64,000 nucleotides of DNA, from assembly GCA_012965045.1 (NCBI GenBank), contig DTSZ01000001.1, forward strand, positions 220,937-284,936. Direction: 5' to 3'. The translations under genes were made by a program, and so were the position numbers. The notes under the pieces are model-generated. The model did no database searches. It was given only the letters and a program-made list of their open reading frames with translations, and was not told the origin of the DNA. This document shows positions 1 through 9,207 of the stretch, piece by piece; position 1 is the first letter of the stretch, and every line of letters starts with the position of its first letter. Source of the DNA: Candidatus Saccharimonadota bacterium (GTDB taxonomy: Bacteria > Patescibacteriota > Saccharimonadia > Saccharimonadales > DTSZ01).

Positions 1-13
1 AATTCCGACAGAA

Positions 14-1072
14 GTGACAAGGGATCTTTCACTTCGCGCAAAAATCATAGATTCCTGTGGCTTAACTTGTACGTTTTGCCACAATGAAGGCACCCCTGTA
101 GCAATCGATAATCCAAGTGGAGTGATTGCAATAAGAGGTATTGGCGGTAAATCAAGTAGATCTTCCGTCTTTAGCGCCACTAATATGGTTAATTTTCTCC
201 CTGGACGGATGGAGGCCACTGACCCAGATTTTATTAGAGCGCTTAGCTCACTTCGTGGAGAGTTAGGACTCAATGAACTGCACTTAACTGGGGGTGAGCC
301 TACTCTTCACCCGAGTATTAGTAATTTGGTGCACGCTGCTCGTGAGCAGGGCTATAAGGTGAGCATGACTTCCAATGGTGAAAGTGGATCAAAACGCATC
401 AGGGAGCTTGCAGAAGCAGGTCTTAGAAAAATAAACTTTAGCATTTTTGGCACCACAGCGGAAGAATTGGCAGAAGTACAGAGTGATAAATTTATTCAGC
501 GAAAGGGGCTTGCTGAAAAAAAAATCGATGCTTTGCATGAGTCAATAAAACTTGCAGGAGATAACGGTATTAAAATCGCAGCCAATATCGTTATGGGCGG
601 CCCTGAGCACGCTCAGCGAATAGAAAGAGTGATCGACGAGTTCGACCCACGATTGGAGATAAGAATCTTACCCGACCTATCGGTAGGCTTAGAGTCTGCA
701 GTCTCAATTTACTCGTTCTTAGACCGTAGAGAAGCCAAGCCAATAATCAGGCAAGTAGAAGCAGGAAGTTCGAATACTCGAGTGAAGTATGCTTTACCAA
801 ATGGCAGGGTTATCGTTTTTAAACAGATTAGACCAACGAGATTAAATGAGTGTGATGGTTGCAAATTCAATAACCCTGACGACTGTAAAGAAGGTTTCTA
901 CGGGATCAGATTGTATGTAGATAACTTAGGAAATTATTTAGTAGGAATTTGCTTACAGAGAATGGATTTAACAACAAGCGTTAATGATTTTCTTAGTTCA
1001 GATTTAAAAGATCAAGTTTTAGGCTTGAGGTCCTCTGAGTACGAAGCAATGAAAAAAATCCATACTGTATAA
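14..1072 (+). CDS. radical SAM enzyme, MoaA-like fold (possibly 5'-truncated by the window edge)
   Basis: N-terminal CxxxCxxC motif (CGLTCTFC). LTGGEPTLHP glycine-rich SAM motif. C-terminal CDGCx8C followed by GIRLYVDNLGNYLVGIC resembles the MoaA auxiliary-cluster tail. GTG at 14, but the frame stays open back to nt 2. Confidence 0.75.
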   Translation: MTRDLSLRAKIIDSCGLTCTFCHNEGTPVAIDNPSGVIAIRGIGGKSSRSSVFSATNMVNFLPGRMEATDPDFIRALSSLRGELGLNELHLTGGEPTLHPSISNLVHAAREQGYKVSMTSNGESGSKRIRELAEAGLRKINFSIFGTTAEELAEVQSDKFIQRKGLAEKKIDALHESIKLAGDNGIKIAANIVMGGPEHAQRIERVIDEFDPRLEIRILPDLSVGLESAVSIYSFLDRREAKPIIRQVEAGSSNTRVKYALPNGRVIVFKQIRPTRLNECDGCKFNNPDDCKEGFYGIRLYVDNLGNYLVGICLQRMDLTTSVNDFLSSDLKDQVLGLRSSEYEAMKKIHTV

Positions 1073-1075
1073 TAG

Positions 1076-1615
1076 ATGGCTATGAAGAACATTGAATATG
1101 AAGCACGAATACTTGAAATTGAACCAGTACCATTAATTAATAAGTTGAAAGCACTCGGCGCAGAGAGGGTTGGTGATCATTTTTTTAGAAGACATGTATT
1201 TGAAACACTCCCACCTATTGCTGGAAGATGGGTCAGACTCAGAACTAATGGTAAAACGAGTACTTTGACTGTCAAGCAGATCACATCCGACAAGGTAGAT
1301 GGCACTAAAGAGTGGGAGACGGTCGTCGAGGATTTTGAAAGCACCCTTATGGTTCTAGAAAAGATCGGCTTAAAATCTAAAGGGTACCAAGAAAATAAAA
1401 GACTCGAGTATAGGATGGGCGATGTAAGCATATGCATTGATCAATGGCCCAAGATCCCTGCCTACTTAGAGATAGAGGCTCCTAATAAAAAATCGATTAA
1501 TGAAACAGCTAAGCTCATTGGATATAGTGACGGTGACTTATGTTACTTGAATCCAGAAAAGATATACCTTAAATATGGAATCGATATTTCAAAAAAAGCA
1601 AATATCAGTTTTTAG
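1076..1615 (+). CDS. CYTH-domain protein (triphosphate tunnel metalloenzyme / class IV adenylate cyclase-like)
   Basis: 179 aa. Ordered CYTH signature: EYEAR (ExExK-type opening), WVRLR, TLTVK, EWE, RLEYR, ICID, YLEIE. Starts 3 nt after the radical SAM stop. Confidence 0.75.
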   Translation: MAMKNIEYEARILEIEPVPLINKLKALGAERVGDHFFRRHVFETLPPIAGRWVRLRTNGKTSTLTVKQITSDKVDGTKEWETVVEDFESTLMVLEKIGLKSKGYQENKRLEYRMGDVSICIDQWPKIPAYLEIEAPNKKSINETAKLIGYSDGDLCYLNPEKIYLKYGIDISKKANISF

Positions 1616-2171
1616 TATCATTACCACATTGCTTGATCAGAAAAACTGAACATTTTATTTCTCGCTCCTCGACAGCCCACACAGCAGTCTCACCTTCTCT
1701 AGTGCCAAACAAGCCTCGCCCCATTGGGCTATCGAGAGTTAGTGTAGTTTTTTGATCAACAACATTCTTTACTTCAGCTAAAGGTATATCTGTAATATTG
1801 TGCATGGAGCCAGTAATGTAGACATATTCTCTATCGTCATCTCCCCAGTCTAATCCTACTATGCTGCCTAAGGTAGCTTGCGACTCATCTGAACTTGGGT
1901 AGTCAAAAACTACACTATTTCGGATTTTAGAAGTTATTTTTTTTGCACTATCTGATAGGCCAACGGATTCGGCCGCTATGATCTCGGCAGCTGCATTGTC
2001 GTGCCAGGTTTCGGATGACTGTGCCATTATTTCAGCTAGCTCCTGCCCCATCTGATCCTGCCTATTACCCAGCTTAGCAAGCCCAGCCAAAAGTAGACTT
2101 TCCTCAAAAGGTAGAATAGGCTTGTTGCCTGCAGTTTCAGCATCAAGTATTGCTTGGTTTCTCTCGCTCAT
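1605..2171 (-). CDS. GreA/GreB-family-like protein
   Basis: ETWHDNAAAEIIAAE resembles the Gre GDLSENAEYxAAKE segment. The C-terminal LDSPMGRGLFGTREGETAVW resembles the Gre C-terminal domain (SPlGraLlGkkvGd). ATG at 2171 is preceded by GGAGGAAATT (SD); the longer track start at 2204 has no SD. Confidence 0.6.
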   Translation of the reverse strand: MSERNQAILDAETAGNKPILPFEESLLLAGLAKLGNRQDQMGQELAEIMAQSSETWHDNAAAEIIAAESVGLSDSAKKITSKIRNSVVFDYPSSDESQATLGSIVGLDWGDDDREYVYITGSMHNITDIPLAEVKNVVDQKTTLTLDSPMGRGLFGTREGETAVWAVEEREIKCSVFLIKQCGNDTKN

Positions 2172-2467
2172 AATTTCCTCCTTATTAGTTGTTCTGAAGT
2201 GCACATATGATTACATAAATATAAGAGATTAACAATTTTTATAGACTAAGTAATTATATTAATATTCATATTGAAGAAGTTAAGAAGTATATGTACCTGA
2301 TATCTATTCTGTAATATCTATCTCGTTTTCATATCCTTTTGAATTCTACAAAACAGAAAAAAATTAATTTTTAGTTCTGCTAAATGAAATCGTTTTTTTT
2401 GCAAAAAAAGTGCTAAAAAATAGACCATTTTAATTCTCTAAATGATTCATGAATCTTTGTTATTCTC

Positions 2468-3166
2468 TTAATAACCCAAATAAGGGTCGGCTATGATTCT
2501 TGACTTCTTAACGCCAAAGCCCTTGATAGTTTTGCTAAGGCTTTTGATCATAGAAGGTGCGCCAGAAATAAAGAAGTAGGCCTGAGAATCGTATTTTTTA
2601 TTCAATTCAGTCAGTTCGTTATTAACTTGTTTGCTGTCCTTAACATAGCTGACTGACAATTTTGGATTCGATTTTGCAGCGGTATCCAGCATTTCTTTAA
2701 ACAAATACTCCCCATCCGACGAGTAAATGACATGCACATCTGACTTGGTAGGGTCTTCTTGGTATTGTTTGACCATAGCTAAAATTGGGGTTATTCCAAT
2801 GCCGGCCGCAACCATAATTACTGGTGTAGTTTCATCTTGGCGGTAAAACCAGCCGAATGGCCCGCGCATTTTGACGTGGTCACCTTTTTTTAGTTTTTGT
2901 AGCTCTTGCTTAAAACTACTGCTTGGGGAGCTAATTTTTGTACCAATTCTTATCACACCCTCACTCGGTACGCTGGCTATACTAAAGGCCCTCCATTTTT
3001 TACCCTCAACATTTCGCCCGGGCATTGAAAAAACTGCATGCTCCCCTGGCCGCCAGGTTATGTCGCCTGCTGCCATTTCGACAACTAATTTGTCTTCTTG
3101 TTTCCAAACATCGACCACCTGTATATGGTGTGTATTTTTAAGTCCTTTAAAATCTGTTATTTTCAT
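2468..3166 (-). CDS. FAD/NAD(P)-binding oxidoreductase (ferredoxin-NADP reductase-like)
   Basis: RAFSIAS (RxYS FAD motif), MRGPFG, VMVAAGIGITPILAM (NAD(P)-binding glycine motif). 232 aa two-domain size. Confidence 0.7.
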   Translation of the reverse strand: MKITDFKGLKNTHHIQVVDVWKQEDKLVVEMAAGDITWRPGEHAVFSMPGRNVEGKKWRAFSIASVPSEGVIRIGTKISSPSSSFKQELQKLKKGDHVKMRGPFGWFYRQDETTPVIMVAAGIGITPILAMVKQYQEDPTKSDVHVIYSSDGEYLFKEMLDTAAKSNPKLSVSYVKDSKQVNNELTELNKKYDSQAYFFISGAPSMIKSLSKTIKGFGVKKSRIIADPYLGY

Positions 3167-3198
3167 TTATCAACCCTCCCTGGCTGGTTCAGTTATAC

Positions 3199-3441
3199 CT
3201 ATTGCTTGTCTGCGTCTTTTACTTGATTGCGAGTATGGTCAAGATTCTCGCTCATAGCCTGCATGTGCCGTTCAAATGACTCTGGCTTGGTTACAATTAA
3301 TCCATCACAGTTAGGATCAATAAACACTAAGAGCTTATCCCCTGACTTAATTTCAAGTGATTCGCGTGCGTCAGCAGGGACCACAATTTGACCACGATCG
3401 CCCACGGTAACCGTTCCGGCTAATTTAGGTAGTTTATTCAT
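3199..3441 (-). CDS. AbrB/MazE/SpoVT-family DNA-binding protein
   Basis: 80 aa. N-terminal swapped-hairpin pattern TVGDRGQIVVPADARESLEIKSGDKLLVF. Confidence 0.7.
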   Translation of the reverse strand: MNKLPKLAGTVTVGDRGQIVVPADARESLEIKSGDKLLVFIDPNCDGLIVTKPESFERHMQAMSENLDHTRNQVKDADKQ

Positions 3442-3586
3442 TTCTCAACATCTCCCTAGTTGTGATTAGTCAGTGTATTCATACTTTTCATACATGTCAA
3501 ACAAAACGTACTAACGTCCTCTTGTCTATTCGGTTGTTCCAAAACTGTGTTAAAACAATAACCTAGTAACGTTAACTAAAGAAAAT

Positions 3587-6412
3587 CTAGACTCCTTCAA
3601 TAAAAGTTTCGATAAATCTGTTTAGCTTGGCGCTTACCCTATCTATTATCGATTGTCGTTTTAATACGCTTGGCTGTTGCGACAAAGTGTTAACGATGTC
3701 ATCGCCTCTTGGTTTGCGGCCACTATATAAATAATCTTCGATCAGTTCTTGTAGCTCTTCGGTCATTAAGCCTTCGTCATTAGCAATTTTTTCGAATGCC
3801 TTAGTCTTTTCGTCCGACCAAAATTTATCGAACCTACCTTCTACATCGTCTGCGTCAGATATTTCTGGAATGTGTGAGTTTATAAACTTTTCTATTAGCT
3901 CGCGTTTGCTCAACAGGGTTATTTCAGAGTTGATAATGCCAAGGATGTTCTTTTTAATTGCTTCCGCTTGTTCTGCGTTAGCGCTGACTAGCTTTGAAAG
4001 CAGTCGTATGATGTAGTCTACGTTTATGTCGTCGCGCCGGATTAGCTCCAGTTCGAAGTCCACATCTTCTAGTATCGATACCTTTTCTTTCTGGTAATCA
4101 GACTGTACCTTGCGATATATATCTAGGTATTTACTTTTGTAATCTTCAAACATTTGCTCGTTTATGGTGCTATCCGCAAAATCAAAGTCAGCAAAACTGT
4201 TTAAGATGTTGCGCAGGCGGATGATCTCGCGGAAGTGTTTTACAAACTCTAATTGCTGCTCTTCGCCAAATAGACTGTCTGCGTCTGGCGGGGTTGGGGT
4301 GAGCTGCTGCATCTCGCCGATTGAATCATTAAAATGCTTCAAATACACCTCGTATGGCTGCATAAAAATCGTTTCTTCGGCCTCTTTGTTGCTAAATAGC
4401 GCCACGGCGTCGTCTGTATATTTTTTAAGGTTACGGAAGCTAATAATGTTGCCCTGTGACTTCGCTTCACCATGGATCCTATTTGTTCTTGAATAGGCTT
4501 GGATTAGCCCGTGGTATCGTAGGTTCTTGTCTACGTAGAGAGTGTTCAAGGTCTTGCTGTCAAAACCAGTCAGAAACATGTTTACCACTAGCAAAATATC
4601 AATTTCGCGCTTTTTGACCTTGTCGGCCACATCACGGTAGTAGTTATAGAAGCTTTTGCTGTCTTTTGTTGTGTAGTTACTGCCAAACATCTGGTTATAG
4701 TCAGCTATGTAGCTTTCTAGCCTGTCGCGGCTGTGCTTATCTAGTGATCCCAACGAAAGTTGCAGACCACCATCATCTGCTAGCAACTCAGACACTTTGT
4801 CGTCTTCGTTTGCTGTGTAACTGAATATGGTGGCAATTTTTAATTGGCGCTCACGGCCTGCCTGCTGCTGTTTAAAAAGTTCATAATATTTACACAGGGT
4901 GTCTACGTTACTTATAGCAAATATGGCATTAAAATCCCGTGAGTGCGTTTTGCGGTCGTGATTAGCTATTATGTAGTCGACTATTTTTTCTAAACGTTTA
5001 GGCGACTCCATTAGCTCTTTGGTGTCTATGGCTTCTACCTCTATGTCTTGTTCGTTGGCGCTGTCTTTGCGCTTATAACGCCCTACGTACTCCACGCTAA
5101 ACTTTAGTACGTTTTCGTCATTTATGGCATCTGTTATGACGTATTTGTGCAAGCATTCGCCAAACAGGTCTTTGGTAGTCTTTTTAAAGCCTATGCTGCC
5201 ACTAGCGTTATCTTTAAATATCGGCGTGCCGGTAAAGCCAAACAGCTGTTTGTTGCTAAAGTATTCCACAATCCGTTGATGAGTTTCGCCAAATTGGCTG
5301 CGATGGCACTCGTCAAAAATAAATACAATCTTTTCGTCTTTGTGTTTGTTCATTTTTAGCAAGTGTTTGCCACCAGTTATTGCGTTGTTGAGCTTTTGGA
5401 TGGTGGTGACTATTAACTTTTGGTCTGGGTCGGCAAACTGTTTTACTAGTTGGCTGGTGTTGTCGGTGGCATCAACGCTGCCTTCTTTAAAGTTGTTGAA
5501 TTCTTTTATAGTCTGAGTGTCTAGGTCATTGCGGTCTACGCAAAAGACAACTTTGTAAATGTCTGGCAGGTCAACTAGTATTTGGCTGGCTTTAAACGAT
5601 GTTAGCGTTTTGCCAGACCCAGTGGTATGCCACACGTAACCGCCTTTACTGCTGTTTTGCACGCGGTCAACCAGCGCTTCTACAGCGTAATACTGGTAGG
5701 GGCGCAGTGCCATAAGAGTTTTAGTTTCGGCCAGCACTACGTACTTGGCTATCATTTTGCTAACGTGGCAGCGCTCTAAAAACTCTTGGGCAAATTCTTG
5801 CAGGTCGGTTATTTTTTGGTTGTCTTTATTTGTCCAGTAACTGGTGAATTTAAACGGAGCCTTTTTGTTATTGGCGTAGTATTTAGTGTTTACACCGTTG
5901 CTGATTACAAATAGTTGAACGTACTGGAACAACCCGTAAGATGAATCGTAGCTGTGTTTTTGGTAGCGCTGGGTTTGATTGTAGGCTTCTTTTAGCTCTA
6001 GGCCACGGCGTTTTAGTTCTATTTGCACCAGTGGCAGGCCGTTAATTAATAGCGTTACGTCGTAGCGGTTTTTGTAACTGCCCTGCATAGTTACCTGGTT
6101 TGTTACTTGGTACTGGTTTTGGCACCACTCTTTTTGGTTAAAGAACTCTACGTAGAAGTTTTTATTTTCCCTTTTAAGTACAAATTTATCGCGCAAGGTT
6201 TGAGCTTTATCAAACACATTGCCTTTGCTTAAGTGGTTTAATATTCTAGCAAATTCTTTTTCTGTAAAGGTTGTGTGGTTGTGTATTTCTAGCTGGGTTT
6301 TTAGGTTAGCCAGCAGATCTGCTTCGTCGCGAATAGTCACCCGTGCATACTTCATGCCTTGCAGCTGCTTGATTAGGTTGTTTTCTAGTGTTTGCTCAGA
6401 TTGGGTTGTCAT
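3587..6412 (-). CDS. hsdR: Type I restriction enzyme R subunit
   Basis: N-terminal nuclease-like DVTLLINGLPLVQIELKRRG. Helicase motifs WHTTGSGKT (I), FDECHRS (II), GFTGTPIF (III), QAYSRTNR (VI). 941 aa. Confidence 0.9.
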   Translation of the reverse strand: MTTQSEQTLENNLIKQLQGMKYARVTIRDEADLLANLKTQLEIHNHTTFTEKEFARILNHLSKGNVFDKAQTLRDKFVLKRENKNFYVEFFNQKEWCQNQYQVTNQVTMQGSYKNRYDVTLLINGLPLVQIELKRRGLELKEAYNQTQRYQKHSYDSSYGLFQYVQLFVISNGVNTKYYANNKKAPFKFTSYWTNKDNQKITDLQEFAQEFLERCHVSKMIAKYVVLAETKTLMALRPYQYYAVEALVDRVQNSSKGGYVWHTTGSGKTLTSFKASQILVDLPDIYKVVFCVDRNDLDTQTIKEFNNFKEGSVDATDNTSQLVKQFADPDQKLIVTTIQKLNNAITGGKHLLKMNKHKDEKIVFIFDECHRSQFGETHQRIVEYFSNKQLFGFTGTPIFKDNASGSIGFKKTTKDLFGECLHKYVITDAINDENVLKFSVEYVGRYKRKDSANEQDIEVEAIDTKELMESPKRLEKIVDYIIANHDRKTHSRDFNAIFAISNVDTLCKYYELFKQQQAGRERQLKIATIFSYTANEDDKVSELLADDGGLQLSLGSLDKHSRDRLESYIADYNQMFGSNYTTKDSKSFYNYYRDVADKVKKREIDILLVVNMFLTGFDSKTLNTLYVDKNLRYHGLIQAYSRTNRIHGEAKSQGNIISFRNLKKYTDDAVALFSNKEAEETIFMQPYEVYLKHFNDSIGEMQQLTPTPPDADSLFGEEQQLEFVKHFREIIRLRNILNSFADFDFADSTINEQMFEDYKSKYLDIYRKVQSDYQKEKVSILEDVDFELELIRRDDINVDYIIRLLSKLVSANAEQAEAIKKNILGIINSEITLLSKRELIEKFINSHIPEISDADDVEGRFDKFWSDEKTKAFEKIANDEGLMTEELQELIEDYLYSGRKPRGDDIVNTLSQQPSVLKRQSIIDRVSAKLNRFIETFIEGV

Positions 6413-6421
6413 AGAGTTTCT

Positions 6422-7981
6422 CTACATATCATAATGTGACCTTATCAGAGTTCCAAAATCCTCATCCTCTAGTAACTCTATTATGGATTCATTTTTACTT
6501 TCCTCTATGTCCTCAAAAGGTTTAAGGTTTATAAGGCTAAACTTATCCAGTTCTTTGATATCAATAGATGGTATTGGATCCCGTGCACTAAAGTTACGCG
6601 CATCAGGTGTTGAAGGATTTGAGATCATTTTGAAGATGGCCATTTTATTACTGCGCAAAAAGGCGCTTGCGTAACCTTTTGCATTGTTCAACAAAATCAT
6701 ATAAAGCCATAAATTAAACAATGTGCTTTTTGTTTCTTTATAGTGGTTAACAATTCTATCTAAAATATCTTTAATATCAATATCCTCACGTACCATAACA
6801 GTTAAAATGTGATCTATAAGTGCAAAACCGTAAGTTCCATAAGATCTACCAGTATCTATCGATGTAACAATTCTGTTTATGGAAATTTCTCCCCATGTCG
6901 ACAATTGGGATACGACAAGTTCTTTCTTCCGAAAATGCTCAAGGATTTCACGATATGCATTGTCAAGATACCTTTTGTTTGTCGCATAAGTACAAGCATC
7001 AATAATATTTACAATATTTTCATAAAAAGCCTTACCGTTTATCTCTTTACTCTTAGGTTCGGTAACGCCATTAAATACCACACCTGCTATCTGCATGTTT
7101 GCTTCGTTACCATTCACGGCATTAGGTGTTGATATAGCTGATTTAGATTGACCGAGCACGAACCCGTAGGTATCGTTTAGTAGTGCTGCAAGTGCATCAA
7201 TAACACTGCGTGCGTCTGAGTGACTTTTACACAGAAACTTATAGTCGTCTCTATATCTGAGGGCAATGATGCCTTTTTTCTCAATGTATTTACTTAGCTG
7301 TGCGTCGATATCACTTAGTACAAGCTCAGATATAATATCGCTTACATATGTTCCGGTAGGGATTCCATTTGTTTGTCCATCATTTGCATTCTGAAATAGA
7401 CGATCTAGTCTGTTTCCAACTATTCTCTCACTTTTGTTATTTTTTGCAGTCTCTTTGCCCATAACTGCCCAAGCGATTGAATGCGTATATATTGAATTGT
7501 AAAAGTTTTGGATGTCGCATGTAGCTTGTACGGGGTGTGTTATTATCCAGCGGTCTGGCTCGATGGTATCAAAATGGTGCCAAGCACTTTCCTCGCTAGG
7601 AGGAGTCTGACCAAAAATAGGTACTGTAAAAACGCTCACTTTGTTCTCTGATGATAGAAGGCTTCGTAATTCTGGCCAAAAATCTTTATGCGTCAACTCA
7701 TTGACGATTCGGATATATGCATAGGGGTGTAGAAGTGAATATTCTCTCATGCCTTTGTTTGGCTTTTGCCCGAGGAGTTTTATAGCTTTTGTCCGAGGTA
7801 TCTTAGGCTTTTTTAACCAATCAATAGTGGTAAGCGATATCGTGCTCAATCCTTCAGGCTTGATGATTCCCGGCAGAATGCCATTCTGAGAAAAATATCC
7901 ATTCTCTAGTAGGAATTGTCTTGCTTCTTTAGGCTTTGTGTTTCCAAGTATACTCCTTAGCTTATTACTATAATTACTCAT
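6422..7981 (-). CDS. reverse transcriptase, Abi/UG-like stand-alone type, embedded between hsdS and hsdR
   Basis: RT motif series in order: GMREYSLLHPYAYIRIVNEL, CDIQNFYNSIYTHSI, NGIPTGTYVSDIISELVLSDID, ALRYRDDYKFLC (YxDD box), LGQSKS. Followed by about 230 aa of unassigned, helical-looking C-terminus. ATGA overlap with the hsdS stop. Confidence 0.8.
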   Translation of the reverse strand: MSNYSNKLRSILGNTKPKEARQFLLENGYFSQNGILPGIIKPEGLSTISLTTIDWLKKPKIPRTKAIKLLGQKPNKGMREYSLLHPYAYIRIVNELTHKDFWPELRSLLSSENKVSVFTVPIFGQTPPSEESAWHHFDTIEPDRWIITHPVQATCDIQNFYNSIYTHSIAWAVMGKETAKNNKSERIVGNRLDRLFQNANDGQTNGIPTGTYVSDIISELVLSDIDAQLSKYIEKKGIIALRYRDDYKFLCKSHSDARSVIDALAALLNDTYGFVLGQSKSAISTPNAVNGNEANMQIAGVVFNGVTEPKSKEINGKAFYENIVNIIDACTYATNKRYLDNAYREILEHFRKKELVVSQLSTWGEISINRIVTSIDTGRSYGTYGFALIDHILTVMVREDIDIKDILDRIVNHYKETKSTLFNLWLYMILLNNAKGYASAFLRSNKMAIFKMISNPSTPDARNFSARDPIPSIDIKELDKFSLINLKPFEDIEESKNESIIELLEDEDFGTLIRSHYDM

Positions 7982-9207
7982 ACAAACATTTGCTGGAGGA
8001 GGGCTTTTTTGAATTGCTTGACTTGCTCCAGCTTCCTTTCCTCTCGCTTTATTTTCTCATCAATCCCGGTCAAAAACTCTGCAATTTTCTGCTGCTCTTC
8101 TTTGCCCGGTATCATAATTGTCATTTTGGCTAGCGCTTCATAACTTAGGGTATTGCGAACGCTGCCTTCGAATGAATGATGCATTTGTCTCATAAATTTA
8201 GCGCTACTAAACCAATCAAATAAAAACTTGTCTTTCACTTCAGCTTTAGCCGTGAATGTTACGTAGAGAGGGCTGACAATTGAGTCTTCTTCTTCAGATT
8301 TATATGCAAGCGAACCAACATCAATTCGTGACGGATTGTATGCGAACGTACCTTTTCTGATAACAAAGTAATTTGAAGTATTCTTGCTCGCGATATTTGC
8401 TCCCTCGAAATAGTCTGCCTGGGAGACGAACCCCTGTCTGTTACTTACGCTTTGTACATAACTTATTGCTTGGTATTTATTGCGAAGCTTATTTTTTACT
8501 AAAACACTTCCAAGTTTTTTCTCTTGCCAGGGTTCGGTGAAGCCGGGGAAGCGGAGTTCTTGGCTAAAGATTTTTTGCATTATTCCTTTTTTGTATTTTT
8601 CTAAAAGCTCTTTTTTGCGCTGCAAACCAGCAATCTTATCATCCACACCCTTTAAAAACCCTGCGATCTTTTGTTGTTCTAGGAGCGTAGGAAAAGCTAT
8701 GGGTGTAGCTTTGGCTTGCTCTATTGTGTAATGCTTAATTGTCCCAATATGAGAAATGCTGTTTAGATAACGTCTAAATTTTGGAGATGTGAAAAAAATA
8801 AACAGGAAGAATGGATTAAAATGGTCTGACTGTTTAGCCCAGAGCAGATCTGCGTCCTTAAAGTAAAGTGGTCTGTTCGACTTTACTAAATAAGGTATTC
8901 CTATTGAACCCCCACCCGTGATTAGTATGTCACCCTTTTTTATACTTCCACTTTTCAAAGTCAATTTTTCGAATAAAGCTTGCGATATGTAGGCTTTGAC
9001 GTTCACCTTCCTTTTAAATATGGCAACTACATCGCTTGATCTAAAGAACGGTACGCCGGACTTGGTCCACTCATTTTTGTGGACTCTGGAAGCTGATTTG
9101 ATCTCAAGTAAGTCCCCGAGCTTTTTTACATCCCACTCATCATTAAAGCCCGGGAATCTTAGTTTTGGTGTTTTATGATGTAAAATTTTGTTCATAGATA
9201 TGTTCAC
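7978..9207 (-). CDS. hsdS: Type I restriction enzyme S (specificity) subunit
   Basis: Two TRD halves, each opened by LRFPGF..W..KKLG. Two conserved coiled regions (LLEQQKIAGFLKGVDDKI..., EEQQKIAEFLTGIDEKI...). GTG at 9207; alternative ATG at 9195. Confidence 0.9.
   Translation of the reverse strand: MNISMNKILHHKTPKLRFPGFNDEWDVKKLGDLLEIKSASRVHKNEWTKSGVPFFRSSDVVAIFKRKVNVKAYISQALFEKLTLKSGSIKKGDILITGGGSIGIPYLVKSNRPLYFKDADLLWAKQSDHFNPFFLFIFFTSPKFRRYLNSISHIGTIKHYTIEQAKATPIAFPTLLEQQKIAGFLKGVDDKIAGLQRKKELLEKYKKGIMQKIFSQELRFPGFTEPWQEKKLGSVLVKNKLRNKYQAISYVQSVSNRQGFVSQADYFEGANIASKNTSNYFVIRKGTFAYNPSRIDVGSLAYKSEEEDSIVSPLYVTFTAKAEVKDKFLFDWFSSAKFMRQMHHSFEGSVRNTLSYEALAKMTIMIPGKEEQQKIAEFLTGIDEKIKREERKLEQVKQFKKALLQQMFV

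Noticed and set aside
2393-2409. Perfect T8-GC-A7 palindrome in the AT-rich spacer upstream of the GreA-like gene, as a terminator or operator.
   Set aside because: The stem would be almost pure A-U with a 2-nt centre, which is thermodynamically negligible as a terminator. With no second copy or partner motif I cannot support an operator call.
3199-3441. The AbrB/MazE-fold protein as the antitoxin of a toxin-antitoxin pair adjacent to the defence operon.
   Set aside because: No toxin-like ORF (MazF, PIN, Doc, etc.) is adjacent. The downstream gene is an FNR-like oxidoreductase, so a plain AbrB-type regulator is the safer call.
6422-7981. The RT as part of a group II intron, a retron or a CRISPR-associated RT.
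   Set aside because: There is no maturase/endonuclease domain and no intron-like flanking RNA space. Flanks of 9 nt and a 4-nt overlap leave no room for msr/msd. No cas genes or repeats occur anywhere in the window.
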